DNA of 64,000 bases from Geopsychrobacteraceae bacterium (GCA_963662315.1 OY759353.1:1504001-1568000); one strand, 5' to 3'; positions 20,458 through 31,213 are shown, counted from the stretch's first letter. The notes: generated by a model not told the origin, from the sequence alone. Made by a program: numbers and translations.

Positions 20458-21681
20458 TCAGTATAAACAGTCATAATCTGGAACTCTGGACGATTTTACA
20501 CTAATCACAAATTTTAGATAACGCCCTTCCGGAAATGTGACAACACAAGGAAAATCTTCCGGTTGGCCACAAACATAGATGGTTTTCAGCTCACTGCCAC
20601 ACGCCAAGGCTCCTTTGCGCAACTCCTTGAGGTAATCTTCGCTGGTCACTTTCTGATGATTTGATGAACTGATCAGTAACCCGCCCGGTTTCAGCAGGGG
20701 AAGCGTTGCGGTCACAAGTTTTGCCGTCCCCCCCTGGGTGGAAAAACGACTTTTCTTGGTTGTTGAAAATGATGGAGGATCGAACAGAATGACATCGTAA
20801 AATTGTTTCATATTCGCCATACGGGTTAATTCGGCAAAGACATCCCCGACGACAAAATCGTGCTGGCGTGGGTCAATGTTATTCAGCTCGAAATTTTCCC
20901 GGGCCACATCAAGATACTTTTTCGAGACATCAACGCTGGTAACGCGTAAGGCTCCGGTACTGGCAGCAGCAACGGAAAACGCCCCGGTAAAGGCGAACAG
21001 ATTCAAAAAAGTCTTCCCCTTCACACGCTCCATGACTTCTTTGCGATTACGCCTTTGATCAGGGAAAATTCCCGTATTGAGCCCTTCACGCAAATCAACC
21101 AGGTAGTTCAGCCCGTTTTCTCTGACGATCATCGGCACCGGGGCTTTATCCCCATAAATCACCTGGCTATAATCTTTATTCCGACTTTTTGCTTCAAGCG
21201 CGCGGGTTTCCTGGGGACGCAACTTGCGGTAAATACCACGCGGCTGAAAAACCTTTCCCAAGGCATCTTTAATGGCTTCCAGATAATTATCCCAGGCGGC
21301 GGTGTAAAGTTGGAGCATCAGGTAATCTCCATAGCGATCAACCGTCAATCCGGGCAAGCCATCACCTTCCCCATTAACCAGCCGGTAAACGTTCGAGTCC
21401 CCCAGCAATGCATGAGCACGTAGGCACCGAGCCTCGGAAAACCTTTCCTCCAGCCATTGACTCATGGATTTGATGGTGCCACGGCTCAATACCCTGGCGA
21501 CAATGCGGTCATCCGGATCATACAGCGCCGTGGCAAGATGCTGTTTGCGCTCATCGACCAACGCGATCAGATCTCCTGCTGCCCCCCCTGTCCACACTTT
21601 TGTATAGCGGTCGGCAATCACCCAGGGATGACCAAGCTGCAACATGCGAACGGTTTCAGGGCCGACCTGAAAATTTTTCAT
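20458..21681 (-). CDS. rlmI: RlmI/YwbD-type class I SAM-dependent rRNA methyltransferase
   Basis: GHPWV PUA-like start, RLVNGEGDGLPGLTVDRY, TGIFPDQRRNR, LNLFAFTGAFS, DPPSF. Confidence 0.8.
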   Translation of the reverse strand: MKNFQVGPETVRMLQLGHPWVIADRYTKVWTGGAAGDLIALVDERKQHLATALYDPDDRIVARVLSRGTIKSMSQWLEERFSEARCLRAHALLGDSNVYRLVNGEGDGLPGLTVDRYGDYLMLQLYTAAWDNYLEAIKDALGKVFQPRGIYRKLRPQETRALEAKSRNKDYSQVIYGDKAPVPMIVRENGLNYLVDLREGLNTGIFPDQRRNRKEVMERVKGKTFLNLFAFTGAFSVAAASTGALRVTSVDVSKKYLDVARENFELNNIDPRQHDFVVGDVFAELTRMANMKQFYDVILFDPPSFSTTKKSRFSTQGGTAKLVTATLPLLKPGGLLISSSNHQKVTSEDYLKELRKGALACGSELKTIYVCGQPEDFPCVVTFPEGRYLKFVISVKSSRVPDYDCLY

Positions 21682-21902
21682 GAAAACTCCTTACTCAAAA
21701 ACCATTGAAAAGATCAAAAAAAAAGATCATATAGGCACAGCAAAACAATCAGACACGTTTATCCTGAATGTTCTCTGATGTTTTTTTTCTGTGCCCCTTG
21801 ACAAGGAGGGGCTCAGAAAAAAATACTGTAAAGGTAAAATTTTGCCAAAACATTTATTTTTAAATGTATAATAACCTGAAGAAACTCTTGAGGTGCTAGA
21901 GA

Positions 21903-22697
21903 ATGGATAATAAGTTTAAAAATCAGGTCCGCGAACAATTTGGCAAAACGGCAGCAGCATATGTCGAAGCCACTCATTTTGCTGGAGGCAAAGATCTGGA
22001 AGAAGCCGCCAGGTTACTAAAACCGACGGCAGAAGACAATATGCTCGATGTTGCATGTGCCGGCGGACATATGGCTCTGTTCTTTGCACCCATGGTTCGC
22101 CAGGTGGTTGCTTCGGACCTGACTATGCAGATGCTGAAAAAGGCGCAGGAGCATATTGCGGAAGAAGGTAGTGTTGACAATGTTATCTTTCGTGAAGCGG
22201 ATGCCGAAGACCTCCCCTTCCCGGCTGGCTCATTTACTCTGCTGACCTGCCGGATCGCATCACATCATTTCCCTGATGTCCCCCGTGCCCTGCGTGAATT
22301 TCACCGGGTGTTAAGACGCGGTGGGCGCATGGCAATTATTGACACACTGCTCCCGGCGGATCCTGAAATCGCCGAGTTTTTCCAGACCATGGAAAAAATG
22401 CGTAACCCGACACATATCAAAGCCTTCAGTGAGCAGGAATGGCGCCAGATGGTTGAAGATGCGGAATTGATTCTGCAGGAGATCCAGGTAATCCCCAAAA
22501 CTCATGATTTTCAGGAATGGGTCAAAACCGCTGGCCTCAACCGTACCAAAGCCCAGGCACTGAATAAATTTTTCATGGACGCTTCCCCCAAAATCCATGA
22601 TTTCTTCAAAATCGAATCGTTTGCCGGGGAAGTCGAAAGCTATACGGATCAGAAATTGTTGATCTACGCGACCCGCAAAGAAAAAGAAAAGAAATAG
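21903..22697 (+). CDS. Class I SAM-dependent methyltransferase (YafE/UbiE-like)
   Basis: LDVACAGGH, DAEDLPF, CRIASHHFPD, RVLRRGG. Confidence 0.85.
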   Translation: MDNKFKNQVREQFGKTAAAYVEATHFAGGKDLEEAARLLKPTAEDNMLDVACAGGHMALFFAPMVRQVVASDLTMQMLKKAQEHIAEEGSVDNVIFREADAEDLPFPAGSFTLLTCRIASHHFPDVPRALREFHRVLRRGGRMAIIDTLLPADPEIAEFFQTMEKMRNPTHIKAFSEQEWRQMVEDAELILQEIQVIPKTHDFQEWVKTAGLNRTKAQALNKFFMDASPKIHDFFKIESFAGEVESYTDQKLLIYATRKEKEKK

Positions 22698-22705
22698 ATG
22701 ATCAG

Positions 22706-22731
22706 GGCAGAGAGACCACTCTGCCTTTTTT
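22706..22731 (+). terminator. Intrinsic terminator
   Basis: GGCAGAG...CTCTGCC followed by TTTTTT. Confidence 0.6.
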
Positions 22732-22749
22732 GTATGATCGAGCTGAGTC

Positions 22750-23508
22750 ATGTGCCTGATTCTCTTCGCTTATCACTATCATCCCCGTTATCCACTTATT
22801 GTCGCGGCCAACCGTGATGAATATTACCGGAGACCTACTCAGTCCTGTCATTGGTGGCAAGAACGTTCAAATCTACTAGCCGGAAAAGATCTGATGGCCG
22901 AGGGCACCTGGATGGGCATAACACGTCAGGGGCGGTTTGCTGCGATTACCAATGTCAGAGACACTCGGCAGCGGAGCAGCCCAAAGTATTCACGGGGTAA
23001 ACTACCACTAAGCTACTTGACAGAATCAATTGGCCCGCAGCAGTTCTATTCACAGCTCATCACGTCTGCAACAGATTATCAGGGGTATAACCTGCTGTTT
23101 GGATCAGCTGACGAGCTTTGCTATTTTTCTAATCGCAGCGCTCATCTGTCGCCCATCGAACCTGGTTTGCATGGTTTAAGCAATGCAAGCCTGAACACAC
23201 CATGGCCAAAAATCACAACAGGCCTGGCTAAACTGCAGCAGATCCTCACAACAGAAGAACCCGATGTAAACGCTATTTTCAGACTGCTGGAAACACGTAT
23301 TATCGCAAACGATTCCGAACTGCCCGATACAGGAGTAGGCATCGAACGCGAGCGCCTGCTGGCCCCAGTTTTCATTGAAAGCGCCGATTACGGCACACGC
23401 AGTTCCCAAATTCTACTGATAGACAAAAACAAAAACGTGCGGCTGTATGAAAAAGAAAGGGCCCCGATTAAGGGCCCCGTTAAGAGTTTCAATTTTCACA
23501 TAAGCTAA
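22750..23508 (+). CDS. NRDE / TANGO2 family protein
   Basis: MCL start, ANRDE, GTWMG, SRG, HGLSN, PWPK, YGTRSS. Confidence 0.92.
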   Translation: MCLILFAYHYHPRYPLIVAANRDEYYRRPTQSCHWWQERSNLLAGKDLMAEGTWMGITRQGRFAAITNVRDTRQRSSPKYSRGKLPLSYLTESIGPQQFYSQLITSATDYQGYNLLFGSADELCYFSNRSAHLSPIEPGLHGLSNASLNTPWPKITTGLAKLQQILTTEEPDVNAIFRLLETRIIANDSELPDTGVGIERERLLAPVFIESADYGTRSSQILLIDKNKNVRLYEKERAPIKGPVKSFNFHIS

Positions 23509-23515
23509 GAAGTCA

Positions 23516-24202
23516 CTATTGACCGGCTCCCGCTTCAGGTACAACAAAAACCTCCACGCGCCGATTACGCGCCCGCCCCGCAGCGCTATCGTTGCTGGCC
23601 AGGGGTTCCAGTTCTCCGTGCCCTTCGGTTCCCAGACGCGTCCGTGCAACGCCGTGTCTTATCAAATAATCAGCAACCGCATTTGCCCGCCGCAGTGACA
23701 GGTCCAGGTTATACCGCTCAGAGCCGATACTGTCGGTATGCCCGACAATAAGGATCTGGGTTTGTGGGTAACGAACCATGATGTCAGCAATCTTGTTAAG
23801 GGACGAATAGAAGGTCGATTTCAACGCCGCAGAATTAAAATCAAAAGAGACTTCACTGCTCATAGTCAGCTTGAGGATTTCGTTCTGTTGCCGCTCAATC
23901 TCGATCTGATGCTGTCGCTGTTCAGCCGCCAGCTGCCGTTCAAATTCAGCCTGCTGCTTGTCCATGTAAACTCCAGCGCCAGCCCCCAAGGCGCCACCTG
24001 CTGCGCCACCAATTAAGGCACCGCGCAATGCACCACCGGAGTGATCGTTGTGATAACCAATCAGGGCACCGGACAACGCCCCGACAATAGCACCAATTCC
24101 TGCACCTTTTTGAGTGTTTCCATAACCTGTATTGGCCGCACATGCTGTAAGGGTAAAAACAAGCAAACCTGCAAAAAAAATATTTCTTGTCATACATTTC
24201 AT
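23516..24202 (-). CDS. OmpA-family lipoprotein (YiaD-like, glycine zipper)
   Basis: Lipobox LTAC, glycine zipper, GHTDS, LSLRRA, NRRVE. Start at ATG 24202 after GGAG. Confidence 0.9.
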   Translation of the reverse strand: MKCMTRNIFFAGLLVFTLTACAANTGYGNTQKGAGIGAIVGALSGALIGYHNDHSGGALRGALIGGAAGGALGAGAGVYMDKQQAEFERQLAAEQRQHQIEIERQQNEILKLTMSSEVSFDFNSAALKSTFYSSLNKIADIMVRYPQTQILIVGHTDSIGSERYNLDLSLRRANAVADYLIRHGVARTRLGTEGHGELEPLASNDSAAGRARNRRVEVFVVPEAGAGQ

Positions 24203-24282
24203 TTTACTTCTCCTTCTTAAGGTCCAAATTTTCGTCAGCAAAGAAAGTAAAACGATCTGTGGCGAAATGCAATAATCCGTAC

Positions 24283-24309
24283 AAAAAAAGGGAGCCATAA
24301 AGGCTCCCT
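24283..24309 (-). terminator. Terminator after gltA
   Basis: AGGGAGCC...GGCTCCCT stem with a T run on the minus strand. Confidence 0.75.
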
Positions 24310-24343
24310 GGAAAATCGAATATGATAATCGAAAAACAGTGAT

Positions 24344-25657
24344 CTATTTGATGCCGGCGGCATCTTCCAGCATTGACGTTGTAACAGATTTCGGCCGTTC
24401 GATACCGTAACCAAGGGCCCGGTCCCAGGTAATGTTGGCAAGGCAACCAAGAGCCCGGCCGATACCAAACAGAACCGTATAAAACTCGTATTGGGTAACA
24501 CCATAGTACCACTGGATAACCCCAGACTGAGCATCAACGTTAGGCCAAGGGTTCTTCGCCTTACCATGTTCCTGCAGAACGCCAGGGGCTACATCGAATA
24601 TCATGCTGACCAGTTTAAACAGCGGGTAGTCTTTGAGGCCCGGAGTTTTAAGACAGAACTCACGCTGAGAGGTGTAGCGCGGATCGGTCTTACGCAGCAC
24701 AGCATGCCCGTATCCCGGCAGAACCTGACCGCTGTTCAGAGTTGCCCACAGAGCTTCCCTAAGCTTCTCTTCAGTTGGAACTTCACCACCAAGACGCATC
24801 ATGAAATTCTGTGTCCAGCGCAGCACTTCCTCATTGGCAAGACCGTGGAGAGGGCCAGCCAGACCGTTGATACCGGCACTGTAAGAATAATAGGCGTCAG
24901 AAAGAGCCGACGCAACCAGATGCGTTGCATGGGCGGAAACGTTACCGGACTCATGATCAGAGTGAATGATAAAATACATGCGGGCAACGTCATCATATGG
25001 GGCATCAATCCCCATCATACGGGCAAAGTTGCCACCTAAGTCCAGATCAGGATCCGGCGCGATATGGGTATCTCCCTTGTACTTCATGCGATAAATATAG
25101 GCCCCCACGGCGGGCAGCTTGGCCATCAGGTTATTGGCATCCTCATACATATCTTCCCAGCAGGTCATCTTATTGAACTTACCGGACGAATAGGTTGCGC
25201 CAAAGACCGAGTCGCGCTGCATGGCCAGAATAGCAGAAGAGAACATGGCCATAGGGTGAGAATCGCGCGGCATCGCTCTGAGGACATCAACAACATATTC
25301 CGGCAGCTGGGAACGTTTTTTCCAGTCGGCAACAACTTCAAGGGTCTGTTCCATAGTCGGCACATCACCAGTCAGAAGCATCCACCAGAAACCTTCAACA
25401 TAAGGATATTCGCTTCCAGGAACTTTTGGCAGTGCAGCAAATGTTTCTGGAATGGTCAAACCACGGAAACGGATGCCTTCCATCGGATCAAGGTAAGAGA
25501 TGTCGGTAACCAGACACTTTATGCCACGTGCGCCACCAATCGCCTGACCGATAGTCACATCTCCAAGACTTACATCTGCATACTCTTTCATTAACCTGGC
25601 AGTACGGGGACGATGCTCAGCAATCTTCTTTCTTAAGACGTCTTTCAATGTGGACAT
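24344..25657 (-). CDS. gltA: Citrate (Si)-synthase, eukaryote-like Geobacteraceae type
   Basis: GGARGI, EGIRFRG, HSDHESGNVSAH, GLAGPLHGLAN, PGYGHAVLRKTDPR, KNPWPNVDA, IERPKS. Start MSTLK at 25657. Confidence 0.95.
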   Translation of the reverse strand: MSTLKDVLRKKIAEHRPRTARLMKEYADVSLGDVTIGQAIGGARGIKCLVTDISYLDPMEGIRFRGLTIPETFAALPKVPGSEYPYVEGFWWMLLTGDVPTMEQTLEVVADWKKRSQLPEYVVDVLRAMPRDSHPMAMFSSAILAMQRDSVFGATYSSGKFNKMTCWEDMYEDANNLMAKLPAVGAYIYRMKYKGDTHIAPDPDLDLGGNFARMMGIDAPYDDVARMYFIIHSDHESGNVSAHATHLVASALSDAYYSYSAGINGLAGPLHGLANEEVLRWTQNFMMRLGGEVPTEEKLREALWATLNSGQVLPGYGHAVLRKTDPRYTSQREFCLKTPGLKDYPLFKLVSMIFDVAPGVLQEHGKAKNPWPNVDAQSGVIQWYYGVTQYEFYTVLFGIGRALGCLANITWDRALGYGIERPKSVTTSMLEDAAGIK

Positions 25658-26025
25658 ATGCTCTCTCCTTTTAATAAGGGGTTGAAACCGTCGCAAGGTT
25701 CCAAAAGTCACAGATAAATTCTACATTACAATGACAAAATAGCAGCTTCATTCATTCCGAAAATTTCAAACATGCCCGCCCGAACAGTTTTTTATTTTTA
25801 CCAGAAAAGAAATCGTGCGACCGCTAAAAAAGATCAATTATACAGCCAACAAACCTTCCATCTCTTTATTTTCCAAATATCGTTCTATCAGTACGGTGAA
25901 AAATTGTCAAGATCAATCAACACAAAGTATTCAAATATAGTAAATACCATAAAGCGCATAGAGGTCAAGAGGCCCCCAATTTTTACTTGCCCTTCCTGCA
26001 GATACTGGTAGAATGCCTAATTCTT

Positions 26026-27009
26026 ATGCAAACCAAAAATCAAAACATACATTCTTTGCTCCTCAGCTCACCTGTGATCATCGCCCCTATGGCCGGCATC
26101 ACCAACCTGCCCTATCGCAGAATCATGAAGTCATTCGGAGCCGGACTCGTCTTTTCTGAAATGGTCAGCGCCAACGGCCTGATCAGAGATGGAAAAAAAA
26201 CCAAAGAACTGCTCCTTTCGCACCCAGATGAAGCCCCTCTTGGCATCCAGCTGTTCGGAGACGACCCCAAAGTACTGGCCCAGGCAGCAAGCATGATGGT
26301 TGAAGAAGGAGCCCTGCTCGACATCAACATGGGCTGCCCGGTTAAAAAAGTGATCCGTAGCGGCGCAGGCAGCGCACTGCTCAAGACACCACAGCTCATC
26401 GCCAGAATCTGCTCAGCAGTGCGCAAAGCCTATCCGGGGCCATTAACCATCAAGATCCGTTCAGGCTGGGACGATTTATCCCTGAACTACCTGAAAGTCG
26501 GACATATTGCCCAAGAAGAAGGAATTGATGCCATCACCCTGCACCCCAGAACCAGATCTCAGGGCTTTTCTGGACAGGCCAATTGGCAACATATCGCAGA
26601 GCTTAAAAATTCAATAAATATACCAGTGTTTGGAAGTGGCGACATTACCACTCCAAAAGATGCCATAAAAATGCTCTCGGAAACCCATTGTGACGCTGTC
26701 ATGATCGGTCGGGGCGGATATGGGAACCCCTGGTTGATTGCCAATATAAATGAATTATTAAACGACCAGCCCCTCAGCGTTCCGACCATCGCTGATAGAT
26801 TGGCAACAGCACTTAACCATATCCACATGTATGAAGATCTTTTTGGAGAAAAGAAGACTATTCTGGATATGCGCAAGCATCTTTGCTGGTACGCGCGGGG
26901 CTTACAGGGGGCTAGCCATTATCGCGTTGCCCTGCAGAAAACTGACAGCCTTGAGCAGACCATCACCCTGACAACCACTTTTTTCAGCCAGGCGAGCACG
27001 GAAGAATGA
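26026..27009 (+). CDS. dusB: tRNA-dihydrouridine synthase DusB (NifR3)
   Basis: APMAGIT, DINMGCP, GAGSALL, KIRSGWD, HPRT, MIGRG. Confidence 0.92.
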   Translation: MQTKNQNIHSLLLSSPVIIAPMAGITNLPYRRIMKSFGAGLVFSEMVSANGLIRDGKKTKELLLSHPDEAPLGIQLFGDDPKVLAQAASMMVEEGALLDINMGCPVKKVIRSGAGSALLKTPQLIARICSAVRKAYPGPLTIKIRSGWDDLSLNYLKVGHIAQEEGIDAITLHPRTRSQGFSGQANWQHIAELKNSINIPVFGSGDITTPKDAIKMLSETHCDAVMIGRGGYGNPWLIANINELLNDQPLSVPTIADRLATALNHIHMYEDLFGEKKTILDMRKHLCWYARGLQGASHYRVALQKTDSLEQTITLTTTFFSQASTEE

Positions 27010-28115
27010 TTAAGTCCAAAAAACTAACCCCAACCGAATACGCCATGATCCTGGAAAATATCGACGATGCCGTTATCGGAGTAGATCAGCAGGGAAACAT
27101 CAACCTGATCAATCCTTCGGCTCAGAGCTTTACGGGTCGCTCTGAAAAAAGCAGCCTGGGAAAATCCTTTTTTGACTGCTTTGACTGGCAAGAGACCTTA
27201 TGCTACATGACGCGCAAGGTCCTGGATGAAGGACGCTCCATTTCCGATCACGAAACGGTCAGCCTCAGGCCTAGCGGTTCCAGAAGAGCACGTCCCGTCA
27301 GCGTGACCGCCTCCCCCATATTTTCAACCCAAGGTCCACAACAAGGTGCTGTTATTATTCTTCACGACCTGACCCAGGTCCGCTCCCTGGAAGAAGCGGT
27401 ACGCCATGCTGACCGCCTGACCATGGTCGGAACCATGGCTGCCGGACTCGCCCATGAAATTAAAAACCCCCTCGGAGGCATCAAAGGTTCCGCCCAACTA
27501 CTGCAGATGGAATTGGGCAACAACAGTGAGCTGCAGGAATACACTCGTCTGATTATCCGCGAGGCGGAACGTGTAAACCGTATTATTGAAGAGTTGCTGG
27601 ATCTGGCTCATCCACGCAAAGCCTGTTTTCAAACGGTTAACATCAATCAACTTCTCGACGAAATAATCAGCCTGCAAAAAAACTCGGTCAATTCCCGTGG
27701 TATCAATTTTCGCTGGCAACTCGACCCAAGCCTGCCTGAAATTCCTGGCGATCCGGACCTGTTGACCAGACTGTTTTTAAACCTGATCAAAAACGCCTGT
27801 GAGGCAACAGCAGATAATACAGAGATTTTTCTTGAAAGCCGCATCGATGCTGAATATCATCTATCTTTACCCGGCACAAGACCAACACCAATGGTTCTTA
27901 TCAGCATAAGAGATCAGGGCCCTGGCATCAGCCAGGAAGAGATTGAGCAGATTTTTACTCCCTTTTACACGACCAAAACCGGAGGGAATGGACTCGGTCT
28001 GCCAATCTGCCAAAAAATTGTTTCCAACCATGGAGGATTGTTACATTTTGAAGAAGGGGCCGAAGGAGGGACCTGCGTCCAGGTGTCCCTGCCCTTGTTC
28101 AACAATCGTCTGTAA
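27006..28115 (+). CDS. ntrB: NtrB-like PAS histidine kinase (nitrogen regulation)
   Basis: PAS domain, AHEIKNPLGGIKGSAQLL, GNGLGL; dusB-ntrB-ntrC synteny. Confidence 0.82.
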   Translation: MIKSKKLTPTEYAMILENIDDAVIGVDQQGNINLINPSAQSFTGRSEKSSLGKSFFDCFDWQETLCYMTRKVLDEGRSISDHETVSLRPSGSRRARPVSVTASPIFSTQGPQQGAVIILHDLTQVRSLEEAVRHADRLTMVGTMAAGLAHEIKNPLGGIKGSAQLLQMELGNNSELQEYTRLIIREAERVNRIIEELLDLAHPRKACFQTVNINQLLDEIISLQKNSVNSRGINFRWQLDPSLPEIPGDPDLLTRLFLNLIKNACEATADNTEIFLESRIDAEYHLSLPGTRPTPMVLISIRDQGPGISQEEIEQIFTPFYTTKTGGNGLGLPICQKIVSNHGGLLHFEEGAEGGTCVQVSLPLFNNRL

Positions 28116-28275
28116 TTAATATATCCAGCCGGTACTTCCGGACCGTGCACATCATGTTTCTGATTTGAAAATCGCCATATTAAATCTGCGCCCCCAGAGA
28201 ACAGCTGAGCACAGAACCCTACGTATGATGTCTTTTCGATCAGCAACAAAATACTTATTGAAATGAGGAATATGA

Positions 28276-29727
28276 ATGGCCATAAAACGCATCCTTGTTG
28301 CTGATGATGAAGAGAGTATCCGTTGGGTTCTCTCTAAAGCGCTAAAAAAGCAGGGGTTTACAGTAGATCTCGCCGAAGACGGCTCTCAGGCACGCAATAT
28401 GGCCCGGCGCAATCATTATGATCTGGCGGTTCTGGATATCAAGATGCCCGGTATTCAGGGGCTCGACCTGCTCAAACAATTTCGCGCAGAGCATCCGGAT
28501 ACACTGGTCATCATCATGACGGCAGAAGCCACTATGGAACATGCTGTCACCGCAATGAAAAACGGTGCCTATGACTATCTGACCAAACCTTTCGATCTGG
28601 CAGCTCTCGATGCCATCATATTGAAAGCTGAAAAAGCTGCGGAAGTAACAGAACAGATCGACCAGCTTAAAGAAGAGCTACAGGGGCAGTTCAGCTTTGG
28701 CCGTTCCATCATTGGCAACAGCCAACTCATGCAGGAAGTATACAAAACCCTTGGCCGGGTCGCCGAGTCGGACATAACGGTTCTGGTGACCGGTGAGAGC
28801 GGTACGGGCAAAGAATTGATCGCCAGAGCGATCCATATCAACAGTAAACGGATTGGTAAACCGTTTATTGCCCTGAACTGTGCAGCGATCCCCCATGAAT
28901 TATTGGAAAACGAATTATTTGGACATGAACGCGGTGCCTTTACAGGAGCAACCGACCGGAAAAGCGGCAAGTTTGAACAAGCAGAAGGTGGCACCCTGTT
29001 TCTCGATGAAATCGGCGACATGCCCCTCGATCTACAAGCAAAACTCCTGCGCGTCCTACAGGAAAAAGAGATCACCCGTACCGGTGGCAGCCAGACCATT
29101 AAGGTAGATGTCAGAATTGTCGCTGCAACAAATCAGAATATTTCCGAGATGGTCAAAGAGAAAAAATTCCGTGAAGATCTTTATTATCGTCTTAACGTTG
29201 TGCCGATCAGTCTGCCGCCCCTGCGCCAACGTAAAGACGACATCCCCATGCTGGTTGATTTCTTTTTACAACGAGCCAAACAAGACCTAGGAATTGAGGT
29301 TATGGAGTGCAGTCCTGAGGCAACCTCCAAGCTGAAAAACTACAATTGGCCAGGCAACGTTCGAGAACTGGAAAACGTGATTAAGCGTGCAGCATTGCTC
29401 AGTCCGAACCATGTTCTGACCCCGTCCGATTTTCCTGGACTGAGTAATGACGGTGACGAAAAAGTCCAGAGCCAGGATGAATCGCTTGAAGCACTGGTTT
29501 CGCGCAAACTGGAAAATTCTCTGGCACAGATGAATCTACTCGAAATGAATAATCTGTACGAAATGGTACTACATCAGGTCGAACGCCCGCTGATTAATAT
29601 TGTCCTGAAAAAAGCCAAAGGGAACCAGGTCCGCACAGCTGAAATCCTTGGCATTAATCGCAACACGCTGCGCAAGAAGATTAATACCCTAGAGATCGAC
29701 GTCAAAAGAGGCAATGGTTCGGAATAG
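28276..29727 (+). CDS. ntrC: NtrC nitrogen-regulation sigma54 activator
   Basis: DDEESIRWVL, GESGTGKE, GAFTGA, and the NtrC-type HTH GNQVRTAEILGINRNTLRKK. Confidence 0.85.
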   Translation: MAIKRILVADDEESIRWVLSKALKKQGFTVDLAEDGSQARNMARRNHYDLAVLDIKMPGIQGLDLLKQFRAEHPDTLVIIMTAEATMEHAVTAMKNGAYDYLTKPFDLAALDAIILKAEKAAEVTEQIDQLKEELQGQFSFGRSIIGNSQLMQEVYKTLGRVAESDITVLVTGESGTGKELIARAIHINSKRIGKPFIALNCAAIPHELLENELFGHERGAFTGATDRKSGKFEQAEGGTLFLDEIGDMPLDLQAKLLRVLQEKEITRTGGSQTIKVDVRIVAATNQNISEMVKEKKFREDLYYRLNVVPISLPPLRQRKDDIPMLVDFFLQRAKQDLGIEVMECSPEATSKLKNYNWPGNVRELENVIKRAALLSPNHVLTPSDFPGLSNDGDEKVQSQDESLEALVSRKLENSLAQMNLLEMNNLYEMVLHQVERPLINIVLKKAKGNQVRTAEILGINRNTLRKKINTLEIDVKRGNGSE

Positions 29728-29743
29728 AAACGATTCCGAACCA
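29715..29743. terminator. Hairpin at the ntrC stop, between convergent ntrC and dnaB
   Basis: TGGTTCGGAAT-N7-ATTCCGAACCA, a perfect 11-bp stem with no T tract. Confidence 0.4.
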
Positions 29744-29839
29744 GATTACCAATACTGAGACTTCAAGAGTCACTGGCACACGACCAGCCCCTTCTGAAAT
29801 TTGAAAAACGAGATGTGAAATCTGATGCCCAACCGGGCA

Positions 29840-31213
29840 TCAGTATCCTCCATCCTCCCGATTTGACTGATTTTCAAAGCGAGTAAACTCGCCGCGAAAA
29901 GTCAGGTGAACAGTACCAATCGGCCCGTTACGCTGCTTACCAATAATAATTTCAGCATCCTTATCGTGCCCCTTGTCACATGAACCATCACGTTTTTTAC
30001 AGGCATCGCAGTAGACTGCGTCACGATAGACGAACATAATAATGTCAGCGTCCTGTTCAATCGCACCAGACTCCCTCAAGTCAGCCATCATTGGACGTTT
30101 ATCGGTCCGGCTTTCCAATGAACGGTTCAACTGAGAGAGGGCAATAACCGGAACGTTAATCTCTTTAGCCAGAGCTTTCAGGGATCGGGAAATCTCTGAG
30201 ATTTCCTGCTGACGACTTTCGGGATTACTCCCTCGCATTAGCTGCAGGTAATCGACAATGATCAGCCCGAGGTCGTGTTCGGCCTTCAGCCGCCGCGCTT
30301 TCGAGCGTAATTCAAGCACTGAAATAGCCGGGGTATCGTCAATAAAAATTCCCGATTCACTCAAGGTTCCAGCAGCCATAGTCAATTTTGGCCAGTCAGA
30401 TTCACCAAGGTGACCGGTCCGCAAACGCCCGGCATCGACCTTGGCGATCGAGCAGAGTAACCGGTGAACCAGCTGTTCCTTACTCATCTCCAGAGAAAAG
30501 ATGACCGCGGAAACCGGCTTATCGGGATTGGTCGTAGCATTTTCCAGCAGGTTCAGAGCAAATGCGGTTTTACCCATTGAAGGACGACCAGCCAGAATGA
30601 TCAGATCACTCGGCTGCAGGCCCGCCGTCATCTTATCCATGTCGGTATAGCCTGTCGGTACACCGGTGACCAGCTCTTTGCGCTCATAAAGCTTTTCAAT
30701 CGCCTTGAATGTATCCTTCAAAATATCGCGAACGGGATAGTAAGAAGGCCGAATCCGGTTTTCTGATATCTCAAAAATAGACTTTTCCGCCTGATCCAGA
30801 ATATCTTCCATATCGCCCCCTTCATACCCTCGGGTTGCGATCTCGGTTGACACTTCAATCAGCTTTCTGGCTACCGCCTTCTCTTTAACCAGCTTACAAT
30901 AATAGTTGATATTGGCTGCAGTTGGTACATAGTCAACCAGCGTTGCCAAATACGAACTACCACCGACATCTTCAATCTCACCGCGATCCTTAAGAATCGC
31001 AGTCAGAGTGATCAGATCGGCTGGCTCATTTTTTTCGGCCAAGGCAATTAAGGCATGGAATATTTTACGGTGACTTTCGCGATAAAAATCTGCAGGGGTC
31101 AAGAATTCAAGGGCGCGGCTTAGTGCCTCATTTTCTAATAAAACACCCCCCAGAACCGACATTTCCGCTTCCAGATTCTGAGGTGGCAAACGGTGACCAT
31201 ACTCTTGTGACAT
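29840..31213 (-). CDS. dnaB: Replicative DNA helicase
   Basis: PPQNLEAE, GRPSMGKT, FSLEM, DYLQLM, LSQLNR, DLRESGAIEQDAD, KQRNGP. No intein. Confidence 0.97.
   Translation of the reverse strand: MSQEYGHRLPPQNLEAEMSVLGGVLLENEALSRALEFLTPADFYRESHRKIFHALIALAEKNEPADLITLTAILKDRGEIEDVGGSSYLATLVDYVPTAANINYYCKLVKEKAVARKLIEVSTEIATRGYEGGDMEDILDQAEKSIFEISENRIRPSYYPVRDILKDTFKAIEKLYERKELVTGVPTGYTDMDKMTAGLQPSDLIILAGRPSMGKTAFALNLLENATTNPDKPVSAVIFSLEMSKEQLVHRLLCSIAKVDAGRLRTGHLGESDWPKLTMAAGTLSESGIFIDDTPAISVLELRSKARRLKAEHDLGLIIVDYLQLMRGSNPESRQQEISEISRSLKALAKEINVPVIALSQLNRSLESRTDKRPMMADLRESGAIEQDADIIMFVYRDAVYCDACKKRDGSCDKGHDKDAEIIIGKQRNGPIGTVHLTFRGEFTRFENQSNREDGGY

Noticed and set aside
25927..25947. GTATT-N11-AATAC palindrome between gltA and dusB
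   Set aside because: Too short in AT-rich DNA to support as an operator.
29773..29790. TGGCAC sigma54-like element after ntrC
   Set aside because: Poor -12 context, and it points antisense into dnaB with no downstream ORF.
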